The position numbers and the translations under genes are program-made. From NCBI GenBank assembly GCA_902772615.1, contig CACYBC010000117.1:1-28319 (forward strand): 28,319 nt of DNA, in the 5' to 3' direction. Within the stretch, counting starts at the first letter, position 1. Every line of letters starts with the position of its first letter. The notes below the pieces were generated by a model. The model saw only the letters and a program-made list of their open reading frames with translations, had not been told where the DNA came from and did not search any database. Of the stretch, positions 1 through 8,960 are shown one piece after another. The stretch is from an uncultured Ruminococcus sp. (GTDB lineage: Bacteria > Bacillota > Clostridia > Oscillospirales > Ruminococcaceae).

Positions 1-1
1 G

Positions 2-919
2 GACGGCATGAAGGTCATGATCGCGTGCAGGGTCACGCTCTACGAGAAGGGCGGAGACTATCAGCTGAACGCATTCGACATCATGGAGTTGGGAGTCGGG
101 AAGCGCCAGACAGATCTCGAGCAGGCCAAGGCAAGGCTTGCCGCGGACGGTCTTTTCGAGCAGGCCAGGAAAAGGATGCTGCCCGCATTCCCCGACAGGA
201 TATCGGTCATTACATCGGCGACCGGATCGGTGATAAGAGACATACAGAACGTCTGCGCAAGAAGGGATCCGCTGGTGGAGATCCTTCTTTACCCGGTATA
301 TGTACAGGGCGTTTTCGCAGTGGATGCGATCATTGACGCGGTGAAAGCCATATGCAGGGATACAAGAGGCTCCCGGCTCGTTGTGTTCGCACGCGGCGGA
401 GGAAGCGCCGATGACCTGTGGATATTCAATGATGAGAATCTGGTGAGGGCGGCGTGCGCACTTCCGGTGCCGTTCATATCGGCAGTAGGTCATGAGACAG
501 ACTTTACTCTGCTGGATTTTGCCGCGGACCTCAGAGCGCCGACTCCGTCCGCTGCAGCCGAACTGGCTGTGCCGGATCTCGGTCAGAAGGTAAGGGATGC
601 TTACGGTACAGTGTCTCAGATCGGCATCGTGATGTCGGACAGGCTTTCAGCGTACAGGGAAGATGTCGCGGGAGGGATGCTTCAGACAGACGGTGCTGTG
701 GCATTGCTGGCGCAGAGAAAGAGAGATGCCCTGGCCAGGGCGGAAGCGGAACTGGATTCGCTGTCCCCGCTGAAGATACTTACAAGAGGGTACGCATACA
801 TAACATCGCAGGGCAAAAACATAAGGAGCGTGCAGCAGGTCGCGGGAGGAGACAGCCTGAAGGTGACGCTGTCTGACGGTACGCTTGACTGCACGGTGGA
901 TGAGGTCAATCGGATATGA
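2..919 (+). CDS. xseA: Exodeoxyribonuclease VII large subunit (5'-truncated by the window edge)
   Basis: The frame is open from base 2 (DGMKVMIACRVTLYEKGGDYQL resembles the OB-fold end), so the ATG at 8 is probably internal. Motifs include VITSATGSVIRDI, RGGGSADDLWIFN, SAVGHETDFTLLDFAADLRAPTPSAAAE and LSPLKILTRGY. Confidence 0.96.
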   Translation, partial: DGMKVMIACRVTLYEKGGDYQLNAFDIMELGVGKRQTDLEQAKARLAADGLFEQARKRMLPAFPDRISVITSATGSVIRDIQNVCARRDPLVEILLYPVYVQGVFAVDAIIDAVKAICRDTRGSRLVVFARGGGSADDLWIFNDENLVRAACALPVPFISAVGHETDFTLLDFAADLRAPTPSAAAELAVPDLGQKVRDAYGTVSQIGIVMSDRLSAYREDVAGGMLQTDGAVALLAQRKRDALARAEAELDSLSPLKILTRGYAYITSQGKNIRSVQQVAGGDSLKVTLSDGTLDCTVDEVNRI

Positions 920-1131
920 GCAGAAAACAGGTTTTTGAAGACGGACTGAACAGGATAAACGAGATATCCAGGATTCTCTCTTCCGGGGAAGTGTCGCTGG
1001 AGGAATCGGTGGAGCTGTATAAGGAAGCAGCGGAACTTGCCGCGGCCTGCAGAAAGATGCTGGATGAGGCCGAACTGAAGATAGCCAGGATCTCCAGAGA
1101 CTTCAGTTCTGTGGAAGAGGAGGAAGACTGA
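916..1131 (+). CDS. xseB: Exodeoxyribonuclease VII small subunit
   Basis: 71 aa with FEDGLNRINEI...LEESVELYKEA..L...C.K.LDEAELKI. ATGA overlap with the xseA stop. Confidence 0.96.
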   Translation: MSRKQVFEDGLNRINEISRILSSGEVSLEESVELYKEAAELAAACRKMLDEAELKIARISRDFSSVEEEED

Positions 1132-2001
1132 TTGGGGTTCGGCGGTAAACTTGCAGGATACGCTGAGCTGGTGAATGCTTCTCTCAGAGAGGAAACGCAG
1201 CTCGACAACGGCGTCGTCAGCGAAGCCATGCGCTACAGCCTCCTGTCCGGAGGAAAGAGGACGAGGGCGTGTCTGACTCTGGCGGTATGCGACATGCTGG
1301 GAGGGGACAGGCGTTCCGCGCTGCTTGCGGCAGATGCGATAGAGATGCTCCACTGCTATTCGCTCATACATGACGATCTGCCGTGTATGGACGACGACGA
1401 TTACAGGCGGGGACAGCTCTCATGTCACAAGAAATACGGTGAAGCCACTGCGATGCTCGCCGGCGACGCGCTGCTGACCCTGGCTTTCAGGACCCTTTCC
1501 AGGATCGAGGATGCGGAGATCTCCAGAAGATGCACCGCTCTGCTGTCCGAAGCCGCAGGATTCAACGGAATGATCCTTGGTCAGGAGCTGGATCTCAAAG
1601 GCGTGGATGCCGGAAAAGAGATATCCGCACAGCTCGACAGGATAAATGAGAACAAGACGGGAAAACTGATAACAGTATCGCTGCTCATGGGCGCTGTGTG
1701 CTCCGGGATCAGCAGCGGAGATATATATGACGCTCTTGAGAGATACGGCAAAGGGATAGGACTCGTGTTCCAGATAGTGGACGATGTCCTTGATGTCACT
1801 TCCAGCCTGGAGGAACTGGGCAAGAAGACGGGAAGCGACGAGGCGAACAGCAAGCTGACCTACTGTTCCTTATACGGAGCGGAAGGCGCTATGAGCAGAG
1901 CTGAAGAGATAACTGCCAGATGTATCGAAGCTCTCGGCGGGATCGGGGACAGCGAGTTCCTCGAATGGTATGCAAATGACCTGTTGCACAGGAATAAATA
2001 A
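1132..2001 (+). CDS. ispA: Polyprenyl (geranyl/farnesyl) diphosphate synthase
   Basis: GGKRTR, FARM LIHDDLPCMDDDDYRRG, GQELD, KTGKL and SARM FQIVDDVLD. TTG start after a GAGGAGGA SD. Confidence 0.93.
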   Translation: MGFGGKLAGYAELVNASLREETQLDNGVVSEAMRYSLLSGGKRTRACLTLAVCDMLGGDRRSALLAADAIEMLHCYSLIHDDLPCMDDDDYRRGQLSCHKKYGEATAMLAGDALLTLAFRTLSRIEDAEISRRCTALLSEAAGFNGMILGQELDLKGVDAGKEISAQLDRINENKTGKLITVSLLMGAVCSGISSGDIYDALERYGKGIGLVFQIVDDVLDVTSSLEELGKKTGSDEANSKLTYCSLYGAEGAMSRAEEITARCIEALGGIGDSEFLEWYANDLLHRNK

Positions 2002-2009
2002 GGTGGTAT

Positions 2010-3884
2010 ATGAGCGATTTTCTTAAAAGCATAAACAGTCCGGAGGATCTGAGGAAGCTGTCGCTTTCCCAGAGGAAGGAGCTGTGTTCCGAGATAAGGG
2101 ACGTGATGATCGACACCGTGTCAAAGACCGGGGGTCATCTTGCCTCGAATCTCGGCATAGTCGAGCTGACCGTAGCTCTGCACACGGTGTTCGACTGCCC
2201 CAAAGATACGTTCATATTCGATGTCGGGCATCAGTGCTATGTGCACAAGCTGCTGACCGGCAGAAACGATATGTTCGGGACGCTGCGTCAGAAAGACGGG
2301 ATCTCGGGATTCCCGAAACCGTCGGAGAGCAGGTATGACAGTTTCGTTGAAGGGCATGCGAGCACATCCATATCACAGGCGATAGGACTCGCCCATGCCA
2401 AGATGCTGTCAGGTGACCACAGCAAGACCATAGCTGTGATAGGGGACGGATCGTTCACCGGCGGACTCGCGTTCGAGGCCATGAACAATCTGGATCCCGG
2501 TATGGACGACCTGATCGTCGTGCTCAACGACAACTCCATGTCGATCTCGAAGAGCGTGGGATCTGTCTCCAACTACCTGCTGAGGCTCAGGACCAGCAGC
2601 GGATATCTCAAGGTCAAGAAGAACGTGAGGGATACCATAGAGCATGTCCCTGTGCTGGGACAGCACGTATCCAATTTCATAAGGAACTCCAAGACGGCGC
2701 TGAGAAGGTCGATATTCGGAGGGACCCTCTTCGAGGAACTGGGATTCAACTATGTCGGACCTATAGATGGGCACGATCTTTCCGAGCTGGAGCTTTTCTT
2801 CCGCAATCTGAAGAACTCCACAGGAAACGGACCGACGTTCGTGCATGTGATCACCAAGAAGGGCAAGGGTTATCCTCTCGCCGAGGAGAATCCCGCCGCA
2901 TACCATGGCGTGAGCAAATTCGATGTGGACAGAGGCAATCCGGACATATCGCTTGCGGACAGCTTCTCGAACACCTTCGGAAGGACTCTGGCTGAGCTGT
3001 CTCAGAGGGACAGCAGGATATGCGCTGTGACGGCAGCCATGAAATATGCCACGGGACTTCAGTATTTCGCCCACCTTCATCCTGACAGATTTTTCGATGT
3101 AGGCATCGCCGAACAACATGCGGTGATAATGTCTGCCGGCCTTGCAAAGGGCGGACAGAAACCTGTATTTGCCGTCTATTCCACTTTTCTGCAGAGAGCC
3201 ATGGACCAGCTGATCCATGACGTCTCCCTCGATGACATCGACCTTCTTCTTGCCGTGGACAGAGCCGGACTCGTCGGTGAGGACGGTGAGACGCATCAGG
3301 GCCTTTATGACGCAGCGATGCTGTCGTCCATAGGAGTGTTCAGGGTGGTGTCGCCCAGCAATTACAGGGAGCTCATATGGTGGCTGACTAAACTGATTGG
3401 GGAAAAAGGAGCCAGAGCGATAAGATATCCGAGAGGAAAAGAGGATCCGTCGCTGTCATCATACAGATGCACCGGAATGGATTTCGACATGATCGGCGAA
3501 GAGCGCGGAGATCTGCTGTTCGTCACCTACGGAAGGGAATTCGCCAATGTGCTGAAGGCGCAGGAACTGCTGAAAGCGCAGGGAATAGATACTTCTGTCC
3601 TCAAGCTCAACGTGATCGCGCCTCTGCCGCAGGGAGCCGTCAGCGCCGCAATGCCTTTTGCGAAGATCATTTTCGCGGAAGAGGGCATCAAGACCGGCGG
3701 CATCGGGGAACAGATGATAAGCGCTCTGGCCGAAAGAGGTCACCGCGGAAGGGCTCTGGTGAGGGCTGTGGATACAAACCTGGTCAGACAGGCCAGCCCC
3801 GTGGAACAGATCGCGCAGTTCGGCCTGGATGCGGAAGCACTGTTTGTTTCAGCAAAGGAGATGCTGCTTGAAAAAGAGGATTGA
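2010..3884 (+). CDS. dxs: 1-deoxy-D-xylulose-5-phosphate synthase
   Basis: GGHLASNLG, FDVGHQCYVHK, TPP motif GDGSFTGGLAFEAMNN...NDN, IAEQHAV and DRAGLVGEDGETHQG. Confidence 0.98.
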   Translation: MSDFLKSINSPEDLRKLSLSQRKELCSEIRDVMIDTVSKTGGHLASNLGIVELTVALHTVFDCPKDTFIFDVGHQCYVHKLLTGRNDMFGTLRQKDGISGFPKPSESRYDSFVEGHASTSISQAIGLAHAKMLSGDHSKTIAVIGDGSFTGGLAFEAMNNLDPGMDDLIVVLNDNSMSISKSVGSVSNYLLRLRTSSGYLKVKKNVRDTIEHVPVLGQHVSNFIRNSKTALRRSIFGGTLFEELGFNYVGPIDGHDLSELELFFRNLKNSTGNGPTFVHVITKKGKGYPLAEENPAAYHGVSKFDVDRGNPDISLADSFSNTFGRTLAELSQRDSRICAVTAAMKYATGLQYFAHLHPDRFFDVGIAEQHAVIMSAGLAKGGQKPVFAVYSTFLQRAMDQLIHDVSLDDIDLLLAVDRAGLVGEDGETHQGLYDAAMLSSIGVFRVVSPSNYRELIWWLTKLIGEKGARAIRYPRGKEDPSLSSYRCTGMDFDMIGEERGDLLFVTYGREFANVLKAQELLKAQGIDTSVLKLNVIAPLPQGAVSAAMPFAKIIFAEEGIKTGGIGEQMISALAERGHRGRALVRAVDTNLVRQASPVEQIAQFGLDAEALFVSAKEMLLEKED

Positions 3885-4662
3885 TCAGATACTCGCTGAG
3901 AGACAGCTTGCCCCCAGCCGTGAAAAGGCTAAAGCTCTGATAATGAGCGGAAACGTGTATGTCGGTGAGCAGAAGGTGCTCAAGGCCGGCGAGGAATATG
4001 AAGAGGACGCCGTCATCCGGGTGACCGGGGAGATGAAATATGTGAGCAGGGGCGGACTCAAGCTGGAAAAGGCCATGGAGGACTACGGCCTTACCCTGAC
4101 GGGAAAGACCTGCGCGGACATAGGCGCGTCGACCGGAGGATTTACAGACTGCATGCTGCAGTGCGGTGCGGACAGAGTTTATTCCGTGGACGTGGGCTAC
4201 GGTCAGCTGGCCTGGAAACTCAGACAGGACCCGAGAGTCACAGTGCTGGAGAGGACGAACGCCAGATACCTGACTCGCGAACAGATACCTGACAGTCTTG
4301 ATTTCTTCTCAATGGATGTATCATTCATCTCGGTGAAACTGATCATTCCGGCTCTGATACCGCTGCTGTCGGATGCCGCTGAAGCGGTGATCCTGATCAA
4401 GCCCCAGTTTGAGGCGGGAAGGGGAAAGGTCGGAAAGAACGGTGTCGTCAGGGATGCTCAGGTGCATATGGAAGTCCTGAGCGATGTGACGGGATTCCTT
4501 GAGGAGAACGGCTTCGGGATAATAGGCCTGACGTATTCTCCCATCAAGGGACCGAAAGGGAACATAGAGTTCCTGGCTTATGTCCGCACAGGGACAGAGT
4601 CGGACGCATATGATATAGAGGAACTGGTAAAGGAAGCACACCAGAAACTGTCAGAGGAGTAA
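3868..4662 (+). CDS. tlyA: TlyA-family rRNA (cytidine-2'-O)-methyltransferase (S4 + FtsJ domains)
   Basis: Start reassigned to TTG at 3868 (MKKRIDQIL), 7 nt after AAGGAG and overlapping the dxs end. Motifs YVSRGGLKL, DIGASTGGFTD, DVSFIS, LIKPQFE and GNIEFL give the K-D-K-E tetrad. Confidence 0.95.
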   Translation: MKKRIDQILAERQLAPSREKAKALIMSGNVYVGEQKVLKAGEEYEEDAVIRVTGEMKYVSRGGLKLEKAMEDYGLTLTGKTCADIGASTGGFTDCMLQCGADRVYSVDVGYGQLAWKLRQDPRVTVLERTNARYLTREQIPDSLDFFSMDVSFISVKLIIPALIPLLSDAAEAVILIKPQFEAGRGKVGKNGVVRDAQVHMEVLSDVTGFLEENGFGIIGLTYSPIKGPKGNIEFLAYVRTGTESDAYDIEELVKEAHQKLSEE

Positions 4663-4666
4663 GACG

Positions 4667-5446
4667 ATGAGGTTTTGCATCGTGAGCGGCCCCGTGGAAA
4701 GATTCGGGAATGCCGCCGACAGGTTGGAACAGAAACTGGAAAGATTCGGATTTGAGACAGGAAGGGATCCTTACGAAGGGAAGTACGACGCGCTGTTCGC
4801 GGTCGGCGGAGACGGAACTCTGCTTGACGCCTCTACCGACGCGGTCGCGCTGGATATTCCGATCTGCGGCATAAATGCGGGAAGGATAGGCTTTCTGGCC
4901 GCTTTTGACGAGAGCGATATAGAGTCGCTGGAAAAGGATTTCTACAGCAGGCTCTATCTCTCGGAAAGGGATCTGCTGTGCGTCTCCGTGAACGGAGGGG
5001 CATACGACCAGACAGCCCTCAACGACTTCGTGTTCTTCAAGAGAGATATAAGCAAGACGGTGGAGATCAACCTCTTCACAGACGACAAGAAACTTGCTAC
5101 TTACAGATGTGACGGCATCATAGTGTCTACCGCAACGGGTTCTACGGCCTATACGCTTTCCGCGGGAGGTCCTGTAATCCTCCCGAATGTCGCGGCTACT
5201 GTCATCACGCCCATATGTGCGCACATCACCGCTCAGCACAGCCTTGTGGTGCCGCTGGATACCAGCATCAAAGTGACGATGTCCGACAGAAACGAGAAAG
5301 TTGCCATCATAGCCGATGGCCAGGATATAGGAACTATCGGAAGAGCGGAATCGGCTTCTGTCACGAGATACGACAGAAAACTTAAGCTGCTTCTCTCGGA
5401 GAAGCGCGATGTATACGAACTGCTGTCAGGAACTACAGGAGGCTGA
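4667..5446 (+). CDS. nadK: NAD(+) kinase
   Basis: GGDGTLL, GRIGFL, ALND and DGIIVSTATGSTAYTLSAGGP. Confidence 0.95.
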   Translation: MRFCIVSGPVERFGNAADRLEQKLERFGFETGRDPYEGKYDALFAVGGDGTLLDASTDAVALDIPICGINAGRIGFLAAFDESDIESLEKDFYSRLYLSERDLLCVSVNGGAYDQTALNDFVFFKRDISKTVEINLFTDDKKLATYRCDGIIVSTATGSTAYTLSAGGPVILPNVAATVITPICAHITAQHSLVVPLDTSIKVTMSDRNEKVAIIADGQDIGTIGRAESASVTRYDRKLKLLLSEKRDVYELLSGTTGG

Positions 5447-5449
5447 GAG

Positions 5450-5908
5450 ATGGGGAAAAAGGAAAGACTGTCCGCCATCAAAAAGATAGTGACGGAGAAG
5501 AATGTATCTACCCAGGAGGAGCTCATATCTCTGCTCAGGGAAGCGGGTTTCGATGTGACACAGGCCACGGCGTCCAGGGATATCAATGAACTGGGGCTGA
5601 TAAAGACCGTGGATACCTCGGGCAGATCGCATTACTCGTTCCCGGAGAGTGGGCCTTCCCAGGCAAGCGTCAGAAGATTCAAGATGATACTGCGCGAGTC
5701 TTTGATCTCTGCGGATACGGCGCAGAACCTGGTAGTGATCAGGTGCCACAGCGGAATGGGCAACGCGGCCTGCGAATCTCTGGACAATATCGTCGGCAGC
5801 GAGGTCGTGGGGACCATCGCCGGCGACAACACGATATTCGTGGCGTGCCGCGACGTTGATGCTGCGGCAAGGACCCTTGACATGATCATCGGTATAATTG
5901 AGGGATAG
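5450..5908 (+). CDS. argR: Arginine repressor
   Basis: TQEELI..L...GF.VTQATASRDINELGLIK and C-terminal GTIAGDNTIFV. Confidence 0.96.
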   Translation: MGKKERLSAIKKIVTEKNVSTQEELISLLREAGFDVTQATASRDINELGLIKTVDTSGRSHYSFPESGPSQASVRRFKMILRESLISADTAQNLVVIRCHSGMGNAACESLDNIVGSEVVGTIAGDNTIFVACRDVDAAARTLDMIIGIIEG

Positions 5909-5916
5909 TATTTGAG

Positions 5917-7593
5917 ATGCTTCGCGAACTTGACATTGAAAATGTCGCAGTCATCGAAAAGGCGAATGTGCGTTTCTATGAGGGACTGAATGTGCTGACC
6001 GGAGAGACCGGCGCGGGAAAATCGATCCTTATCGACTCGATCAACGCGATCCTGGGAAACAGGACCACGAAGGAGATAGTGAGGACCGGAACTCCAAAGT
6101 CGGTCATCTACGCGTCCTTCGATGATATACCTGAGGCCACTGCAGCCAGAATGGCTGAGCAGGGCTACGAGTGCGACGGGGACCTGGTGCTGCAGCGTGA
6201 GATCACCGCTGACGGCAAGAGCAGCTGCAGGATAAACGGACGTCCCGCGACCGCCTCCACTGTCAGGGATCTCTGTCAGGATCTTGTGAACATACACGGG
6301 CAGATGGATAATCAGGAACTTCTGAGACCTGAGATGCACATCCATGTGCTGGACAGATACGCTGAGGACCAGGAACTGCTGGAAGCCTATACTGTGAAGT
6401 TCAGGGAACTGATGGACGTCAAGAGAGAGATAGACAGGCTGTCCGTGGATGACGCCGACAAAGAGACGAGGATGGACCTCCTGAGATATCAGATAGACGA
6501 GATCTCACGTGCGGAACTTGAGGAGAGCGAAGAGGAGGAACTGCAGAGAAGAAGGAATCTGATAAAGAACTCAGAAAAATACCTTGATGCACTGAATGAA
6601 GCATATTCAGTCCTCAACGGTTCCGACTCCGATGAGTCGGAAGGAGCCATCTCAAGGCTCTATTCCGCGGTCTCCACACTGGAACATATCCAAGGACTGT
6701 CAGAGGACATGGACAGCTGCAGCAGCAAGCTCTCAAATGTATACTACGAACTGACCGAGATATCCTCCGAGATAGGCGATCAGCTTAGCCAGTTCGATTT
6801 TGACGTAAATGAACTGAACAGGATCGAGGAAAGACTTGACCTTATCTTCCGGCTGAAAAGAAAATACGGAAACACCATACCTGAGATACTCGATTATCTT
6901 GTGAGTGCTCAGGACGAACTTGAAAGCATAGAGACTTCAGATGAGAGGCTCCTGCAGCTGAGAGCAAGATTCGACGAGCTCAAATCGGAGACCATAAAGG
7001 CTGCAAGGGAACTGTCCTCTGAGCGGAAGGCTGCGTTCCTGCGGTTTGAAGCCCAGATAAAGAGTGAACTTGAGTTCCTGAACATGCCGAACGTGCAGTT
7101 CGTGGTCAACTGGAAGCAGGCAAAGGAACTGACAGTGACAGGGATCGATATCGTGGAGTTCTACATCTCCGCGAACGCTGGCGAAGAGCCCAGACCTCTG
7201 GCTAAGATCGCGTCCGGAGGAGAGATGGCCCGCATCATGCTTGCCATCAAGAGCGTCATGGCTGACAAGGATGCGATCCCGACACTGATATTCGATGAGA
7301 TAGATACCGGAGTAAGCGGTACCGGATCGCAGAGGATCGGCTCGAAGCTTAGACAGACATCCAGGGACCATCAGATCATATGCGTGACACACTCGGCGCA
7401 GATAGCGGCGTATGCGCACGCACAGCTGCTGATAGAGAAGAGCGTGTCCGCAGGCAGGACCTATACATCGGTGAGGACTCTGGAAAATGAAGAGAGGATA
7501 CGCGAGATAGCCAGGATCATTTCCGGAGAGAATATCACCGACACTGCGCTGAGAAATGCTTCCGAGATGCTTGAGATCGCGCAGAACACATAG
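5917..7593 (+). CDS. recN: DNA repair protein RecN
   Basis: Walker A TGETGAGKS, Q-loop NIHGQ, long coiled coil, signature ASGGE, Walker B/D-loop LIFDEIDTG and H-switch CVTH. Confidence 0.98.
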   Translation: MLRELDIENVAVIEKANVRFYEGLNVLTGETGAGKSILIDSINAILGNRTTKEIVRTGTPKSVIYASFDDIPEATAARMAEQGYECDGDLVLQREITADGKSSCRINGRPATASTVRDLCQDLVNIHGQMDNQELLRPEMHIHVLDRYAEDQELLEAYTVKFRELMDVKREIDRLSVDDADKETRMDLLRYQIDEISRAELEESEEEELQRRRNLIKNSEKYLDALNEAYSVLNGSDSDESEGAISRLYSAVSTLEHIQGLSEDMDSCSSKLSNVYYELTEISSEIGDQLSQFDFDVNELNRIEERLDLIFRLKRKYGNTIPEILDYLVSAQDELESIETSDERLLQLRARFDELKSETIKAARELSSERKAAFLRFEAQIKSELEFLNMPNVQFVVNWKQAKELTVTGIDIVEFYISANAGEEPRPLAKIASGGEMARIMLAIKSVMADKDAIPTLIFDEIDTGVSGTGSQRIGSKLRQTSRDHQIICVTHSAQIAAYAHAQLLIEKSVSAGRTYTSVRTLENEERIREIARIISGENITDTALRNASEMLEIAQNT

Positions 7594-7606
7594 AGGAGGA
7601 CACGAA

Positions 7607-8743
7607 TTGGATAAGAAAGTCAGTTTTCTTGTAAACGTGGCATATTACGGAATAATCTGTGCCATAGTCATACTGTTCTTAAAGTACGGGATGAACTATG
7701 TGCTTCCCTTCGTGCTCGCATTCGCCATAAACTATGTATTCAAAAAACCGATCATCCTGCTGTCTGAGAAGACGAAACTGAGCAGAAAGGGAAGCGCCCT
7801 GATCGTGCTCACGCTCGCAGTGGTGCTCCTTCTGGTCCTGGTAGTGCTGCTGGGAGTCAAGCTCGTTACCAGCCTCAAGGACGTCATCATGGCAGTCCCG
7901 GGGGTCTACACAAGATCGGTGGAGCCTTACATTCAGAGACTCCTGCAGTGGTATGAGAGGACGGATTTCATCGATATCCTCGGACCAACGGTCGGAGCGA
8001 TACTGGAAAGCACCGCGGAAGCGATCCTGACGTCGCTGGGCTCTCTGGTGACGAACAGCTCTGTAAGGATCGTGCAGTGGCTGACCAATGTGCTTTCATC
8101 ATTCCCTTCATTCCTGATGACGTTCCTGATGACGGTCATCTCCGTTTACTTCATAGCCTTCGACTATGACAGGGTGCTCCTATTCATCAAGAGGCAGTTC
8201 AGCGAGAAACAGCTGTACTTCATTCAGCATGTAAAGACTAACTTCCTCAATACGGTGGTCAAGTATCTTGCCTCGTATTCGCTCATAATGCTTATCACGA
8301 TGGGGGAGATGGCGGTACTCATGCTTGCGGCATCGGTGCCGAGACCTTTCACGGTGGCGTTCCTGATCGCGCTGTTCGATTTCATGCCCATAGTGGGCAT
8401 ATCCACCATACTTATCCCATGGATAGCTATAGATATAGTGTCGGGCAATTATGTGCAGGCGGTCATCCTTGCCGTAGGATATGTCGTAATGACGATAGTA
8501 AGGAACATCATCGAGCCCAAGATCGTCGGTGAACAGGTCGGTATCCATCCGCTGCTGACATTGATCCTCATGTTCGTCGGTCTCAAACTTGACGGCCTTG
8601 TGGGAATGCTTGCGCTGCCTGTGTCGGCAGTCGTTCTGGTGCAGCTGCAGAAAGCGGATATCATCCATTTCTACAAGGAAGAACCCTTGCCGGAAGAAGC
8701 TGGCAGCATTCAGGAGGAAACCGGTCCGCAGGCTGACGCCTGA
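7607..8743 (+). CDS. ytvI: AI-2E family membrane protein, YtvI-like
   Basis: TTG start at 7607 after GAGGAGG. Multiple hydrophobic helices; DFMPIVG...LIPW, RNIIEPKIVGEQVGIHPLLTL and G..GM...P are typical of YtvI/AI-2E. Confidence 0.85.
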   Translation: MDKKVSFLVNVAYYGIICAIVILFLKYGMNYVLPFVLAFAINYVFKKPIILLSEKTKLSRKGSALIVLTLAVVLLLVLVVLLGVKLVTSLKDVIMAVPGVYTRSVEPYIQRLLQWYERTDFIDILGPTVGAILESTAEAILTSLGSLVTNSSVRIVQWLTNVLSSFPSFLMTFLMTVISVYFIAFDYDRVLLFIKRQFSEKQLYFIQHVKTNFLNTVVKYLASYSLIMLITMGEMAVLMLAASVPRPFTVAFLIALFDFMPIVGISTILIPWIAIDIVSGNYVQAVILAVGYVVMTIVRNIIEPKIVGEQVGIHPLLTLILMFVGLKLDGLVGMLALPVSAVVLVQLQKADIIHFYKEEPLPEEAGSIQEETGPQADA

Positions 8744-8770
8744 AAGATCCGGTGCCACAGACTAAACAAA

Positions 8771-8800
8771 AAAAGAGGAAGCTTCAAGGCTTCCTCTTTT
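8771..8800. terminator. Bidirectional intrinsic terminator between ytvI and the oadB/oadG-like unit
   Basis: Perfect 12-bp stem AAAAGAGGAAGC / GCTTCCTCTTTT with a 6-nt loop, A-run on the left and T-run on the right, between convergent genes. Confidence 0.9.
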
Positions 8801-8819
8801 ATAGTGTTTTCAGTCAGGA

Positions 8820-8951
8820 TCAGTCCTTGAACACTGTGTTCAGAGCAACGGTGCACAGAAGGATGATACCGATCACGAAGAAGATTCCCAGCATGCCTTT
8901 GGCAAGGATGGGAAGACTGATCTCTACGAAATCTTTAACATTGATATTCAT
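8820..8951 (-). CDS. OadG-like small single-TM subunit (43 aa, not in the ORF track)
   Basis: Hand translation gives MNINVKDFVEISLPILAKGMLGIFFVIGIILLCTVALNTVFKD*. A GAGGTG SD overlaps the beta-subunit stop. It has one hydrophobic helix with GMLGIFFV, as in decarboxylase gamma subunits. Confidence 0.8.
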   Translation of the reverse strand: MNINVKDFVEISLPILAKGMLGIFFVIGIILLCTVALNTVFKD

Positions 8952-8960
8952 TCTTACACC

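Noticed and set aside
3868-4662. TlyA as a haemolysin or virulence factor
   Set aside because: It sits in the standard housekeeping position (dxs-tlyA-nadK) with an intact methyltransferase tetrad. Nothing in the sequence supports a toxin role.
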